Of a DNA stretch of 64,000 nucleotides, positions 14,712-29,363 are shown one piece after another. The position numbers and the translations under genes were made by a program. The stretch is from Chrysomallon squamiferum (Eukaryota; Animalia; Mollusca). The DNA lies in assembly GCA_012295275.1 (NCBI GenBank), contig CM022669.1:11036001-11100000 (forward strand), read 5' to 3'. A model generated the notes under the pieces. The model did not search any database. It saw only the letters and a list, made by a program, of their open reading frames with translations, and had not been told where the DNA came from. Within the stretch, counting starts at the first letter, position 1; each line of letters opens with the position of its first letter.

Positions 14712-15119
14712 TCATCTATTGTCATCATTCTCTTTCAAAAGCTTCAAGATTGCAGGCACAGATTTGGTTGAAATTGCTGTAAAGATATCACACAACAGCC
14801 TAAAAAAAGAAGAAGAAATTTGAATAATTATATTTACACTTGACTAAAAAATAATAATAATAAATCAAATAATAATTTGCACATTAATATTTTTCTGATG
14901 GCACAATTCTTTGAAGTTATGTTACTAAAAAAATATGATGTTCAAGATTAGTGTTACAATTTAGTTCACAAAATAATCTAGGTTTATTGACAATTCACAG
15001 TATAATTATTACAACAGAAGTGAATGTAAAGAATTTGGATCTACAAATTAAACCTATATGAAACTAAAAATATGTGTAAATTAATTAATTGCAATAATAA
15101 TAATAATAATAATAAAAAA

Positions 15120-15161
<42 letters not shown>

Positions 15162-17449
15162 TGTAGTAGTAGTAGTAGCAGTAGTAATAATACTAATACT
15201 ATTATTATTATTATTATTAGTTAATATTATTACGAATACATTAACTAATTATACCAACAATTAAATTACCAATAATTGTGATATTAAAACAATTTAAAGA
15301 TTTGATAAACCTTCTGTTTGTGAGTTTAGTTTCCAGCCTGTGAGACATCTCTGTAGCTTGTTTTATGATGTCTTGTGAAATGTCAGCCAGTCTTGCGACA
15401 TTCAAACCGTAACTTTTAGCAGCTCTGCCTTCAACTAACTGATACAGAAAAGTAATCACTTCTCCGTCTTCCACTGGTTCAGTCTCTGAAAAAGAAAGAA
15501 GGAAAAAAACCTAAATGAATGAAGTGATAAATATTACTGAATTTCTTTATAACTTATATATATTTTTGTTTTTTACCTTGAAAACAACAATGAAATGAAA
15601 TGAAAAATATTCCTAAATTTCTTTTTAACTTATCTTTTTGTTTTGTTTATCAGTGTCTGTGAATAACAGAATGAAATCATAAATATTTCAGCAGATTTTT
15701 TCACGTAAATTGTATTATAATAAAATATATTCAAAATTTCTCAATACTACTGACAATTATATCTTTTGATTTTGCATTAAGTGACAAATATTTCAGATTT
15801 TTTGTTTATTTGTCAATGAAAACAATACAGAATAGAAATGATAAATATTTTAAAATTTAAGGAGTAATTATTTCACTTTATTTTTCATTTTATAAATATT
15901 AGTGACTCTATTAGTTTGTACTAAAGGCAACTATTCTATATGTTTTTGCTACTGGTTAAAAAAAGTCTTAAGTGAAAAAACAACAAATTGTTACCTTCAT
16001 TCTCATGGAGAATAAAAGACATATGATAGTTGCCAACAGCATCTGGGAACTGGTTCTCCAATTCAGATAACACTGGATAATGTGTTACAAACAGAGTCAA
16101 ACACTTTACCTGAAAAATACAGTAATTTACATGTCAATATATATAGATAGATAGATAGATAGATAGATATTGATGCAGATATAGAAAATAATGGATATTT
16201 GTACACACACACATACCAGTAATCTTTTATTACTGTATATCATAATCTATACAATCATTTGGACACTTTGGTTAGTCATTTATGTACACTTTGGTTAGTC
16301 ATTTTAATAGCAAAGATCAGTAATATTTATGGAAACATAATAAAAAATAGTAGAAAAAAACCCCTTAAATATATACTTCTAATGTGAAGGTTTATTTCTG
16401 AACTGTGAAGGAAATTTTATTTCTTAGATAATACCTAAATTCACTTCCTTTATTTATTAAAACTTAATGAAACTTGTGTTTTAAAAAGCATACCAGAATA
16501 TGTGAATCTAGTATCAAACATTCTTACAGCAACAAAAATACATTCGCTATAAAAACTACTTTGACCAAATATAAGTTAAAATAAATAAAATGTATTAATA
16601 TATTTTGATCACCTCATTGATAAAGTACTGAAGAGTTGCGTGCGCTATGGCAACACCGTCATGGGTACTTGTGCCGCGGCCCAACTCGTCCAGGATGACC
16701 AGTGACCGAGATGTTGCGTGAGACATGATTTCTGAAGCCTCCTGCAACTCCACCATGAATGTACTTCTACCCTTGAAGATTTCATCAGCTGCTCCCATTC
16801 TGTTGTTACAAATTTGACAGAAACATTTTAAGAAATAAAAATCCAAATGGTGTTATTGTTTTTTCTGTTTTTGTTTTACACACACAAATACACAGGTACA
16901 GACAGATACACAGTTAAGTAGACAGATTGATAGACAGATAGACAGACATGTAGATAGAGAAAACAGATAAATAAACAGAGAAATATAGATAGATAAAGAT
17001 AAAATCCATACACCTCACACACTTTCACATTATTGATTTATTTGTTTTTAGTAACAAATTCATGACAAAAAAAGAGAGGAAAATAAAAATAAGTATGGAA
17101 TATATATTTATAAATAATTTTAGCATATTTGTTGCAAGAAAATAAAATTTAATATACATGTTGAAAGATATAAAATAAAACCTTGTGAAAATAGCATCAA
17201 CAACTCCTAGTGTGGCACTGCTGGCAGGAACAAAGGATCCTATCTGTGCCATTATTGTAATGAGCGCCACCTGGCGGATGTATGAGCTCTTTCCTCCCAT
17301 ATTCGGTCCAGTGATTATCATGACTCTTTTCCCATCAGCCTGAAAATATCAGATTTGCTGAGTTATTAAAAAGACACCATCCTACGATTTAACAACATGA
17401 AATGAAGGAAAAGTATCTGTAACTAAAAACACATATACATACATACACT

Positions 17450-17485
<36 letters not shown>

Positions 17486-20400
17486 AATACTGTGACATTA
17501 TTGTTTAAATGCTACATACAGATAAATGAGTGCTGTTTGGGACAAACTGATCCTGACTTGATTTCAAAATGTCTATAACTGGATGTCGGCCATCTTCTAT
17601 ATCAATACAAGTACTGTCTGCACTTATCTGGGGTCTGCAAAAACAAACAACACAGAAACAACCAAGGCTAGCAAATGTAAATGAAGAACAGTCACTATAA
17701 TAAATTATGAAAAAAATAATCAGTAATTTAAATTATGAAAACATGATTGTTGAGATTAGCTTTATAATATGCATCAATATTTTCATTTCATGTTTATTCG
17801 TGTAAGGACCCAATACATTATACTCTGTTTTGAAAAATATATAATATAATGGGCACACTATAAAAATGGCAGTATGAATTTCTGGAAATGTTTCTGTCTA
17901 AGAGGAGAAAGATATAAAAGCTTAAGAAGTTAATGAAGGTTACTGGAGTCTGTGTGACTATTTTAGTTGAGAACAATATTGTTTTTAGATGACATTAAAC
18001 ACCCCAGCCAAAACAAAACAACCCAACTCACGCGTCCACTGAAAAAAAAAGTCAATCAAACAATCAATTAATCATGATGATCATGATGATAATAATAATA
18101 ATCTAATAAAATTTGAAATGAAGGAAATTAATGGAAAAAGGTAAAAAACGTATTTGTTGGACAAACCTGCAGTAGCCTTGTTGCTGAGCAACAGTTGACA
18201 GTGAAAAGAGACAGTCTAGAACAGCCAGCTGCTCAACACCTCTTCTGAACTGAAGATATTTTTCTGAGAAAGTCCTTTAAGAACAGAAAGCAACCCTACA
18301 ATTACTAGTATGAAATAATATGAACTTAAATGTACTCTAGTAGACATTTTAATTTTTTTTAACAGAAGAGAAAAGCTGTCTAAAATGTATGAACTGGACG
18401 ATCTTAACAGAGATTTTATTTGTAAGTTAAGCAGAATAAAATTAATTTCCTAATAAGCTCATAGATTTAAAAATAAAGACATGTACAGCTAGCAGAAACA
18501 GCTAGATGTGGTTTGAGGTATGACTGCTTATTAAACACTGAAGACTGATTCTGTTTCCTTCAAATCTGATCAGGTCATCACCTGAATCACTGTTCTGCAG
18601 CCTTGTACCTTTTTCATATTAAATAAACACGAACGTGTGAAGAATAATTTAAAATAAATACTCACTCCAGAAATTCTTGCCAAGCATTATTTGAATCAAT
18701 CAGAAGCTGTTCTTTCAACTGACTGAGCTTCTTCATCCTGTCTACAATGAATGGGGTGTGGAATCTACTCACTGCCTTTGTACTGAAACAATAAATATCA
18801 ATCAAAAACAGACTAGTATTGCATAAACTGATTTACGGGTAGAATCAAGTGGTAAACTGTTACCCAAGAATCAATGAAAAATACTGAAATAAAATAATAA
18901 TAATAATAACTAAAACCTGCTTTATTTTTAATCCTTTAAAAAAGGTTAAATTATTATTATTATTATTATTATCATTATTATTATTACTGTTATTTTTATT
19001 ACTGTTATTATATTATAATTACTATTATAATTATTATTATTATTTTGTGTGAGTGTGTGTGTGTGTTTGTGTGTGTGTGTGTTTATTTTAGTACCTAAAT
19101 ACATTACTAATTAAAGATAATTATTAAACACAGCACAGTCAAAACTAATTCAGTATGCAGTTTACAGACATGGGTATATTATCACGCCCTGGGTGACATT
19201 TAACAATGTATTTGATGTCACTAATGTAAACTGACCTGTTAATTTTAGTCCAGTCAGAGGGTACCAGTTTAAGGTGAGCATTCTTTACCTCCACCAGGAA
19301 CTGAAATTTCAAACAAGTCTTCAAAAATAAGAAATGATATTTTTGGCAAGTTCTGTGAACATAAAATATTATTCCTAAGACTTCTTATAGGTCAAGTGAG
19401 ATCATGGTTTCTTCTTCAAATAATCATCATTAAATAACACAAATGACAGCAAGTAACTGATAACAATTTTTTTTTAATTATTATTTTGACAAATGCTTCC
19501 ATAATAAATACCTTTAATATTAACAATGTCAAAATATATTTGACAGATTAATTAATATTCACTAATGGAAGATCACTGTAATGGTAAATAGATTAAAAAC
19601 ATAAAAATCAAAAAATCAACAAAAACCCACCTCAGTCTGTAACACTGAAATATAATCTAAAGATGGCTGACCAAGCTGAAGTCTGACCTCTTTGCGATGG
19701 TCTCTCAGCTGTTTTTTTATATTTTCAATCTCAGCTTTTCTCTCAACAATAATTGGAAATACACTTTCATCAGTGAACAGGTTTGGTTTATCATTTTCTC
19801 TGCAAATAGGATCATTTAACAATCAAAAAATAATAATAATAAAATAAAAAATAAAAAATAACTTTAGTACTGGCTAACCAGAGAGAAAAATACTAACAGT
19901 AATTGAGTTTTATATATAAAATTTCACTAATTTTAGTTTTGTTAATAAAAACAGTTATTGGTTAATTTTGCCCACTTCAAAATTCAAGTACAGAGCCTAA
20001 TATATAAAATATAATATATTACAACTTTCAATAATTTTTTTCCATTTCTCAAAAAATATTAATAAATTAATTAATGACTATATTTTTAAAGTGCAATCAG
20101 ATCTATGCATATAAATAATTTATTAATTACTTTTATATTAATAAATTATAGATTTGGTTTATCCTATTATATTACACAGTGAAATTTTTCCTCAGGTTCA
20201 AGTATAAGTTATTTCTCTGATTTTAAATTTTAAAAACAGAAGAGAAAATACTAAGTAGAATTAATTTTACATTAAAAAAAAAAAAAAAGAAGAAAATCCC
20301 TACCAATGCTCTGTAAAAACAACACATAAATTAGAATATGAACCAAAATCTTACTTGGCGGCTTTATCGTTTATTAGAAGACAAAACTTTGTGATGTCAG

Positions 20401-21874
20401 CAAGCAGACTTGGAACAGTGGTAACGATGTCCTGTATCAGTGTTGACTGAATCTCATCACTTGTCTTAACAACCATTTTCATTTCCTTGTGAATCTTCTC
20501 CAGTGATTTAGCTACAGTGTAAAACTCGGCTACAGAACACTGCAGTTAAACATGAAACTCAAAATTAGGTGGATTTGTTGTTGTTGTGCATGCATGTGGC
20601 TGTACAAACAATTATGTAAATATAAGTTAATTTACTTTCTATGAGAAGGTTCAGCAATATAAGAAATGAAGATAAAAGTCTAAAATAAATGTTTAAGTAA
20701 AAGAAAAATGGAATATTTAAGTATTAAAATACATTCAGGCTGTTTGTTGGTATCATCAGATGTACAGCTTAAATTGAAAAATAAAGCATTGAGTGAATGG
20801 TGTAAAATATTTAGTATCTTTACTAAAAAAAATTACATTTATAACTTAGAAAAAATGGGTTAACAGATCAACTGTATCAAAATCAAATACAAATCATGAT
20901 TAAAAAGTGTTTTAACTAATTTAAAATATATGTATGTATGTAACTTTTATAAATAGAAGGCATTTGAGCACAATTTCATTTCAAATGTGACTGGAATATG
21001 TGATACATATATTCTGAAAGCTGAACAAAATGGCATATATGTGGGTGACAAAATTTAAACATTGTCTTTGAATTTTCACTTAATAAATGCTATGAACTTT
21101 GGTTCCAACCCAGTATTATTTTTAATACTTAGAAGTTGAATGTCATTTTAATAATTTAGTTGATATCTAAGCATGGAGCTGACAAAATCTACTTTGCAAT
21201 TGTGTTTTTTAAAAGAAAATATTAAATTAAATAAACTGCACCTTTTTGTGGTAGATGGAGCAGAGTCCTTTGTCGACGTCTGGCATTTTAGACAAAACTT
21301 GACGTAGATGCTGAAGTTGTGGCAGTGCTCCAGCACAAAGTTCCTGTACTGCATCCTGTCTCTTTGTTATTTCACTGAAAGAATTCAACAAACCTGATTA
21401 AATATTTTTCTGAGAAAACTAATTATTTGATACTTTTTGACATAAAATTTTCAAACAAATCAGAACGTTTATCTATTGGTTTTTTTTATTCTGCTCCTTC
21501 ATATGACATTAAATGAAACTTTTAAAGTAATATTTTTGAATTCTAACATTAAAAATGTATATAATTTTGTTGTTATTATTATTTTAAAATTATTGCGTAT
21601 TTAATATTATTCTTGTCTGATAACCTTTAACAATTGCAATAAACAAAATATTTGTTTTTTAAATAATAAAAACAAACATGTATTACCTGAAATTAATTAC
21701 CATAAAATAAATACATACATAAATAAATAAATTAATTAATAATAATAATCAAAATCATAATCTAAGGTGAACTGCAGTTGATCTTATTTGAAAAAGAAAA
21801 AGCATATATTATTTTTAATTAAGAACCAATTATCTTTAATACTTCTCTCTAAGAACAAAATTATTTATCATTAT

Positions 21875-21911
<37 letters not shown>

Positions 21912-24900
21912 AACAGAAGAAAGATTACCTAACATCCATCAATGGATTGGTAACCCAAGAACGTAACATTCTGGCACCAAACTTGGAAACAGTGTGATTG
22001 AGCACCCAGAACAGAGACCCATTTTCATGTCCATCTGTTACATTCTGAAATACCTCCAAGTTTCGCAGCGAGTTACCTCCTATCTGCAGAAACTTTAACT
22101 TCATAGAGAACTGCTGAAAGCTGCTGTAAAAAATAAAACAGAAAACAATGAATATAAAATTAATATTTATTTTAAAACAAACATTCATTTCTTCTCTGAA
22201 GTACTTAAACTTCACTGAAAATGATGAAAAATGGTATAAAATAAAAAAAACTTGGACTGACGAGCTTTTATGATCTGACAGAGTAGAAAAGAAAATTATT
22301 TCATTATCTTGTGAATTAAACAATAATTTAGTTTCTGTTTATTTATTCAGATCTTATATATATTTGAAAAAGTGCATTGTATTTATATATAAGCAATCAG
22401 TGTAGTCATAGTAACAAAAACAAAAAATTTAAAAATAAAATAAAATACATTTTTTTTGTTCAAAAAACATCAACAATCCCATTACGTGTATTATGGTTAC
22501 CTGGTTAATTTGAGAACACGATCCAGGTGAAAATCTTTGAGGTAAATTATAAGTCCGGCTAGACAGCTTAACACAGGTTTTTGTAAACTGAGAACAAACT
22601 GCAAATCTGTTCCATCTACAGAAACAACAGAAATCTTCAGACATGTAAGTAACAATGTACCAAACATAAAATAAAGCACAGATTTATAAAGCTTTATCTT
22701 CTTTCTCTGACTTTTTAAAAATACTGTAATATATTTTAAATATAAATAATGTAAGACAAGTGATATGGTATAACATAACATAACCATAAATATAAATAAT
22801 AAAAACCAATAAAGCAATACAATAAAAACAATATAATTTAATAAATACAAAGCAATATTGTGTATTATTCTTTATAAAATAATTTTCAAACATTTTAAAA
22901 TATGCAATCTAACTGGTAACTTCCATTATCTTTGACTAGCAATCATTCTAAGCCTAAACTTAAGGGGCACATAAAGAAATCAACTCTGTTCACGTCAACC
23001 GTACATACGTATGTATATATATACAAATAAAGAATCTGTACAAATATACCTGTATAAAACTCTGAGACTGTTTGAAATGCCTGAGCATAATGAAAATTTT
23101 CTTCTCCCAGACGTTCTATGCGAATCCGATCATCTTCTGTCGAACTGAAATGATAAAATATTTAGAAATTAAAATATGCATGTATAAATTGTCTGTGTCT
23201 TTATTTGTATATGTATTTTTGTATCAGTCTGTATCTGTATTTGTATGCATCTGTATTCCTGGGTATGATGTGCTTGTTTCTTATCCATAATACTGCCATA
23301 CAACTGATGTGTCAAAAATATCAATGTACGTTATTTTCAATTTGTTAAATAAGTGCATATTGTTCATATCTAAAAATCTACAACAAAACAAGCTCTTTAC
23401 CTCAGAGCCACGACATCATTAAGCAGTTTTTCTGTTGGCTGAGTAAGTTTGTTTGGAATCAACAACTCTACTGGTTGTATGTGGCCTAGACGAGATTCTA
23501 ACTCAGCTCTGCGAGGGTCATCAACGAAACAGTCGTATAAAATATCACCAGTGCTAGGATCCACAGCCTACACAAATAAAATAGTCACATCTACGTCTAT
23601 TATCAGTATCAAAAATTATTCAACATTCTAGACAGACAGACACACAGATATGCATATATTATCAATGTTTAAAGTTACTACACATATCATTTCAACATAC
23701 ATACATAATTAATATTAAAAATGACACAAACACACACACACACACACATGCATATACATATGGTATTAACATAAAAAAAAGTTAGTGCTTTTATCATTTC
23801 AACATTAACAAAAAGGTATATATTATCAATATGAAAAAATTACTGCCTGTCATATGTTATTTCAACATAATTTATCTGGATTCCTGCCAGAATTAAAATA
23901 TTTAATGATGTCCAAATATATCTTAAACTTATATTACCACAATGGCTATTTCTTGCTTGTCTTTTCGTGAAGTAGCAGAGTCATACACACACAGGAGAAA
24001 ATGGTTAGGGCGTGTTCCGTAATCTGACACAGGGTCATTTCCTTGGATACCAGAGAGTGGATCAACATGTCAGAACAGTTAAGGAGCAATCTCATCATTA
24101 GAAATGAAATGTAATTATAGATTTATAACCTAGTGCCATAAGAATCTTAAAATTACAAACTAATTCATATAATAAACATGTCAGTACAATTCGATACAGA
24201 TCGAAATATTTCTAAATATCTCTACAAAGCATTACTGTCGCTATTAGTAACAGTCAAAAGCTATAATCATTAATGTACTTAGCTTTTTAGATCAAATCAG
24301 ATGAGACAATCTAATTTTAAGACAGGTATTTTAATTCCACATGTAATTTTTTGAAAAACATTGTCTAACAAGTAACAGACAATTAATTAAACCATGATCC
24401 AGCTATATTCAAAGAATCAGTTCAAACTATCATTTTCTGAAAAGTCAAATTATTTGTTTTCTGGAGAGAGAACAGTTAATTAAAATTATTTTAAAATTTA
24501 TGTATGGCAGAGTATATGAAGTATATTTTGAACATCCTTTACTAAGGGATGGATAAATGTAATTACGTCGTCTGTTGTCAAGAGATACATACATACATAC
24601 ATGAACATATTCACACATATATACAGATATATATATGTACACACACACACATATCAATCAACACATAAAAGGATATCTTCACCAATCAGTGTAGACTTAG
24701 TGTAGAGAGCTGACAGTTTACGTGAGAAAGGACCTCCACGGTTTTCACCTGCAGCTTTTAGAGCCGATGTTTCAGTCTGTTTGACAACACCAACCTGCAG
24801 AACAAAGTATTTATAATGTTAAAAAATAAGTAATGATAATAATAATGATAATAATAATAATCATAACTAACAGGTTATCTTTTATTTACAATCATTAATG

Positions 24901-25321
24901 AATTACTGCTGACTTGACTTTTAATTTTATTTGTGAAACAAACACTCACTTTAATAAGATAATAAATGTTAAAATTCAATTAAAATTTTTTTGTTTTAAG
25001 AAAATACTAATACAGAGATTTTGAATGATTGTTTGGAAAATTTACTTTTGACTGTTAATGAACAATTATTGAAAAAAGTATTAATTTGTATGCTGCAAGT
25101 TAATCTATAGACAGGCTGAAGTTTCTGCAAATTTGACAACTCTAGTTTAAAAATCAAATGATTAAACAGGCAGGCAGTAAAGCTTTAAAATTTATAATAT
25201 CATAACAATACAATCAAACTGGATTTCAAGTTGTAATCCACATGTATACAAACACACAAACACACAACAGATTAAACACCTTGTAACCAGCAGAAAGAAG
25301 TCTTCAGTATATGTATATATA

Positions 25322-25356
<35 letters not shown>

Positions 25357-25564
25357 CATACATGTATGTATGTATATGTATGTATGTATTTGTGTGTGTG
25401 TTTGTGTACATGTACATACATACACACAACAGGTTTAACCAGCAGAAACAAGTCTTTGTAACCATGCATGAAACAAGTCTGTTTGTGTGTATGTACATAC
25501 ATACACACAACAGGTTTAATACCTTGTAACCAGCAGAAACAAGTCTTCAGTATATGTGTATATA

Positions 25565-25596
<32 letters not shown>

Positions 25597-28437
25597 GTAT
25601 GTTTGAGTGTATATACATACAAACATTCATACAACAGGTTTAATACCTTGTAACCAGCAGAAACAAGTCTTCTAACATGAACAAACAGCCTGTGTGTAGG
25701 AATGCTAGCTGTCTGAAAATTGTGATCAGGATGACAAAATATTTTCAAAACCCTAGACGCTATCTGAAATAAAATTATATACATTTAAAAAATCAAAATA
25801 TCATTAATGAAAGGTACATCAGAATTTCATTTATCTTTATGACTTACTTTATCACAGAAAAACAGACTGAGCCATAATGTTTAAATTGTTATTTACTGGC
25901 CTAATTAATTAATGAACAAACTGCTTTGTACCATGACAAGAACATGTCGATGTTAGCATAAAAAAAGTGTCTGGTAAAACAAAAAAGAATATAGAAAACA
26001 ATAAAACAAACAAAAATTTAAATGATAATTAATAACTCTCTGATCTTCACATTTCATTTTTCAGATACATCCAACTTATAGGCATGTTTTTGAAGCTATT
26101 GTTATGTTAACATTGTTGACATACTGTTCTTGATTTCAAAGATGTACTTATGAATGTTGTCAGCCTACAGTATCATTATATTAACAACAGGTCAAATTTA
26201 TTAAAGGTCTGATGTAATCAAGTTTGATATGCACTGCACATACATGCTGCTGATCACCAGTACAATCCACTAATGCTTACATTTCCTGGCTATGAAATTT
26301 TGATCATCCTTTTGGACCTTCTTCTTGGGTTTGAGAGCCATGGTTACATGGTAAATGGTTATTAGTCCACAAGTCAAATTTGGGTACCAAACTGATGAAC
26401 ATATCCAGTATGGAGATCAGTAAGACAGCTATAACTTTCAACCAAATTTACCTAGTAACATGCAGTTTTGATTATGTTGTTCTGTATATAATTCTGCACA
26501 GATTTATAGTAATTTATAATATATTTGGTAAAATCAACTCTTTTTTATGATATACCTAAAGAAGTTTTCTATCCTTTTAAATTAAAGCATCTTCAGGCCA
26601 ATTTTATTTCTGAATTATCTAGATTGGTTTATGACAACTTTTTATATCTTGCATACAAAGAAAATAAACTTTAAGTTTATGTACAATGCATGTGGCTGTA
26701 ATGAAAGTTAATACATATTTTAACTTTGTTATATTACATATTCATCAAGTGACCTGTTGAATACAGCATACATGTAAATATCTTTTATCTATGTTAGAAA
26801 ACCTTTATAGATTTAAGTAGAGTAATTAATGTAACTACAATATGATTACTATTATACCAACATTTAGAATTTGTTTATTCAAGCACAACATATAGTAAAA
26901 GAACACAGAGAAATTTTAACATGTACTTAGTTGTAATATGAATTCATGTAATTAAATAAATCTGTTCAATTTCATACTCGATTGTCAAAATTATGCCTAT
27001 GCCAAGGCACTGCACGAAACAAATATCACCATGGATAGTAAACAAAATAACAACACTGTGATTCTCTTTACTATGACAGACTTCAAAGAACGAGTAAACA
27101 TCACATTTCAAATGTAATCATTTACACCATTTTACAATGTCATTATGATCTAATGACCAACATCTAAAAGAGAACATGGCCCTGGGTAGATTTTACCAGT
27201 AACAAACATTGCTTTTAATATTATTACTTTACAATTGGGCCACATATATTAGCCATTTTGTAGAATGCTGAGTGTCTAGTTTCATAACTTTTTTTTTTTT
27301 TTTTTTTTTTTAAAAAGGCAGAATCCAAAGTACTGTACAATGAGAAATAAGCAACAATTTACCTCTGCATCTTCCCCGAAGAATCTGTATTTGTAACCAC
27401 ACTCAACAAACAACACAGCATCAGGATAGCTCTCTTTGATCTCCATGAACTGTGTCTCTAGTGGAGTGTACTTTGTTTTTGTAGTCTTGTTAACACACAA
27501 ACTGCTTTTCTGCAAAGATGTTTTTTCAGCTAAAAGTTTCGTAAATCCCTTTTTCTCTTTAGAAACTGAAGTGTCATTATCATCTACACCATCTTCATCA
27601 TCACTCACAATCATAGTCATGCTACTTTCTTGCTTTTCTACAGGGTATTCACTCGATGATTGTTCAGGTGTGTCTGACAACTGTTTAAATTTTATATCAG
27701 TAAACTGCTTTTTACTGTAATTGTCATCTCTGAATTCATGACTAATTTCACTATCTAAGAAAAATGTTGATAACTTTTTCTTTGTGCTTTCACTGATGGA
27801 CAAATTGATATTGCTGTTTTCATCATTTTTATTGTTTGTGTTCTCCCCATTGGTCAGAGAAGATGATGAACAAACAGAAACACTGTCAGGACTTCTTGTT
27901 CTTTGTAACTTTGCAGAGACATTTCTTCCTTCTTGTGATGGTGGTCGTTTCATTCTTGATTTTGATTTCTGTTTGTGATGGAGGATTTAGAAATAACAAT
28001 TAATAAATAAATATAAAAAAGAATTAGCAAAGACGATTAAGGAATCACAACACGAATTTTTTTAACAGTATTTTGCATCTACTAAAATACCACATATATA
28101 TTAAATATAAATTGATTTTATTCTAAAATATTTATGACATTGTAAGAGCAATTACATAATAAGAAAATCAAAGTTATTCAGTTTTACCAGGTAAATTAAT
28201 ATTTTTAACTTTATATCATTAAGATTGTATTATAAACACTTCAGTAATATAATAATGTATCAAGTATAAGCAATATTTATAATTTTATCTCCTTGGTACT
28301 GTTCTATAAATGTGCGTGTGTGTGTGTATGTATTTATGCTTATATATATAATAATAACATACATAATACACACACACACACACACACAGATTAGTTCTTA
28401 TTTCATTTGTATCCAAATTTTATTTATTTATTTTTAA

Positions 28438-28482
<45 letters not shown>

Positions 28483-28669
28483 CTCCTAATTATGACATTT
28501 GGTAATTATGACATTTGGTCAAAGTAATATAATATAATAAATATTCATTTTACATTACCGTGCATTTTCCGTCATGACCATCATCCGTTTTTATAGACGA
28601 GGATTTTTGTTCTCCTTTAGAACTGAAGAATTTTGATAAAGTCACTTGTTTTCTGTCTTTATTAGACAT
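14712..28669 (-). CDS. MSH3: DNA mismatch repair protein MSH3, 21 coding exons
   Basis: Exons 28669-28559, 27968-27363, 25763-25647, 24794-24677, 24068-23938, 23567-23401, 23144-23050, 22615-22501, 22123-21929, 21374-21242, 20539-20355, 19799-19630, 19300-19236, 18782-18666, 18274-18167, 17634-17520, 17339-17182, 16799-16613, 16109-15995, 15485-15311, 14799-14712. N-terminal PIP box QVTLSKFF; MSH3-diagnostic [14 protein letters not shown]; Walker [10 protein letters not shown]; [30 protein letters not shown]. Confidence 0.97.
24069..24676 (-). other. U12-type AT-AC intron in MSH3
   Basis: 5' splice site ATATCCTT at 24676; branch TCCTTAAC followed by tgttctgAC ending at 24069. The join gives LIGE-D-VDP in frame. 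Confidence 0.95.
25262..25670 (-). repeat. Tandem re-duplications of the MSH3 exon 3 3' end plus its donor site
   Basis: AGACTTGTTTCTGCTGGTTACAAG|gt recurs at about 25546-25523 and 25303-25280, with a partial copy near 25437-25463, separated by TA/TACA microsatellites. Confidence 0.85.
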
Positions 28670-29363
28670 TCTGATTACTTTATATTAAAAGCAGAGAAAT
28701 GTAAATAAACATACAAACTGATTTAGTTACTCGTCGATTTAATATCGAACGGCTTAATCCAGTTTAAACAAAAATATCAAATAAATATCGACTGTCATAA
28801 CACTGTATAATCAGAAAACAACTGAAGTATTATTAATGTGTAAGTAAATCGTAAATTCACTATGTAAAAATAATTATGAATACAATCAAACACATTAAAA
28901 GGAATAATATCAAAAAGTCAAGTTGCACATTGCGCGTTTTCCTTCCATTGCAATTTTTTCTTTTATAAATTCCTCCATTTAGCCGCGTTAATTAATAAGT
29001 TGTCATTCACTCATTGTTGTTGATTAATTTAATATGACTTTATCCAGTTCAGTTACTTTTTATAATAATAATAATAATAATAATAAATGAAGTGGATCTT
29101 TAGCGCATATATAAATTAAGCTAATGATAGCGCTATTATATTGATGACGTCATTAGATCACCCGACATTTCTGCTTCTTTCTTGACACCAGAATGTATAG
29201 GGTCAAGAATGTACTTAGAAAAAAAAAAAAATAATAATAATAATAAATAAAAAGAAATAAGGGAAAGGTTAATAAAATTAATAATACGGAAAACCAACAA
29301 CCTTCTTTATCAAAAGATAGTATCAGTGATACATCAAGCAGGCCTATAAGAAATCTTGTTAGC
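28670..29363. promoter_or_regulatory. Probable bidirectional promoter between MSH3 and SLC28
   Basis: About 0.7 kb between divergent start codons; TATATAAA near 29108 and CRE TGACGTCA at 29145-29152. Confidence 0.5.

Noticed and set aside
27436-27978. Plus-strand ORFs overlapping MSH3 exon 2 (similarly 40008-40341, 45032-45247, 49385-49738)
   Set aside because: Antisense shadows of real coding exons with no independent motifs.
29193-29363. Upstream in-frame ATG that could extend the SLC28 N-terminus
   Set aside because: Blocked by five TAA codons from an (AAT)n tract; it would need compensating indels and has no support without reads.
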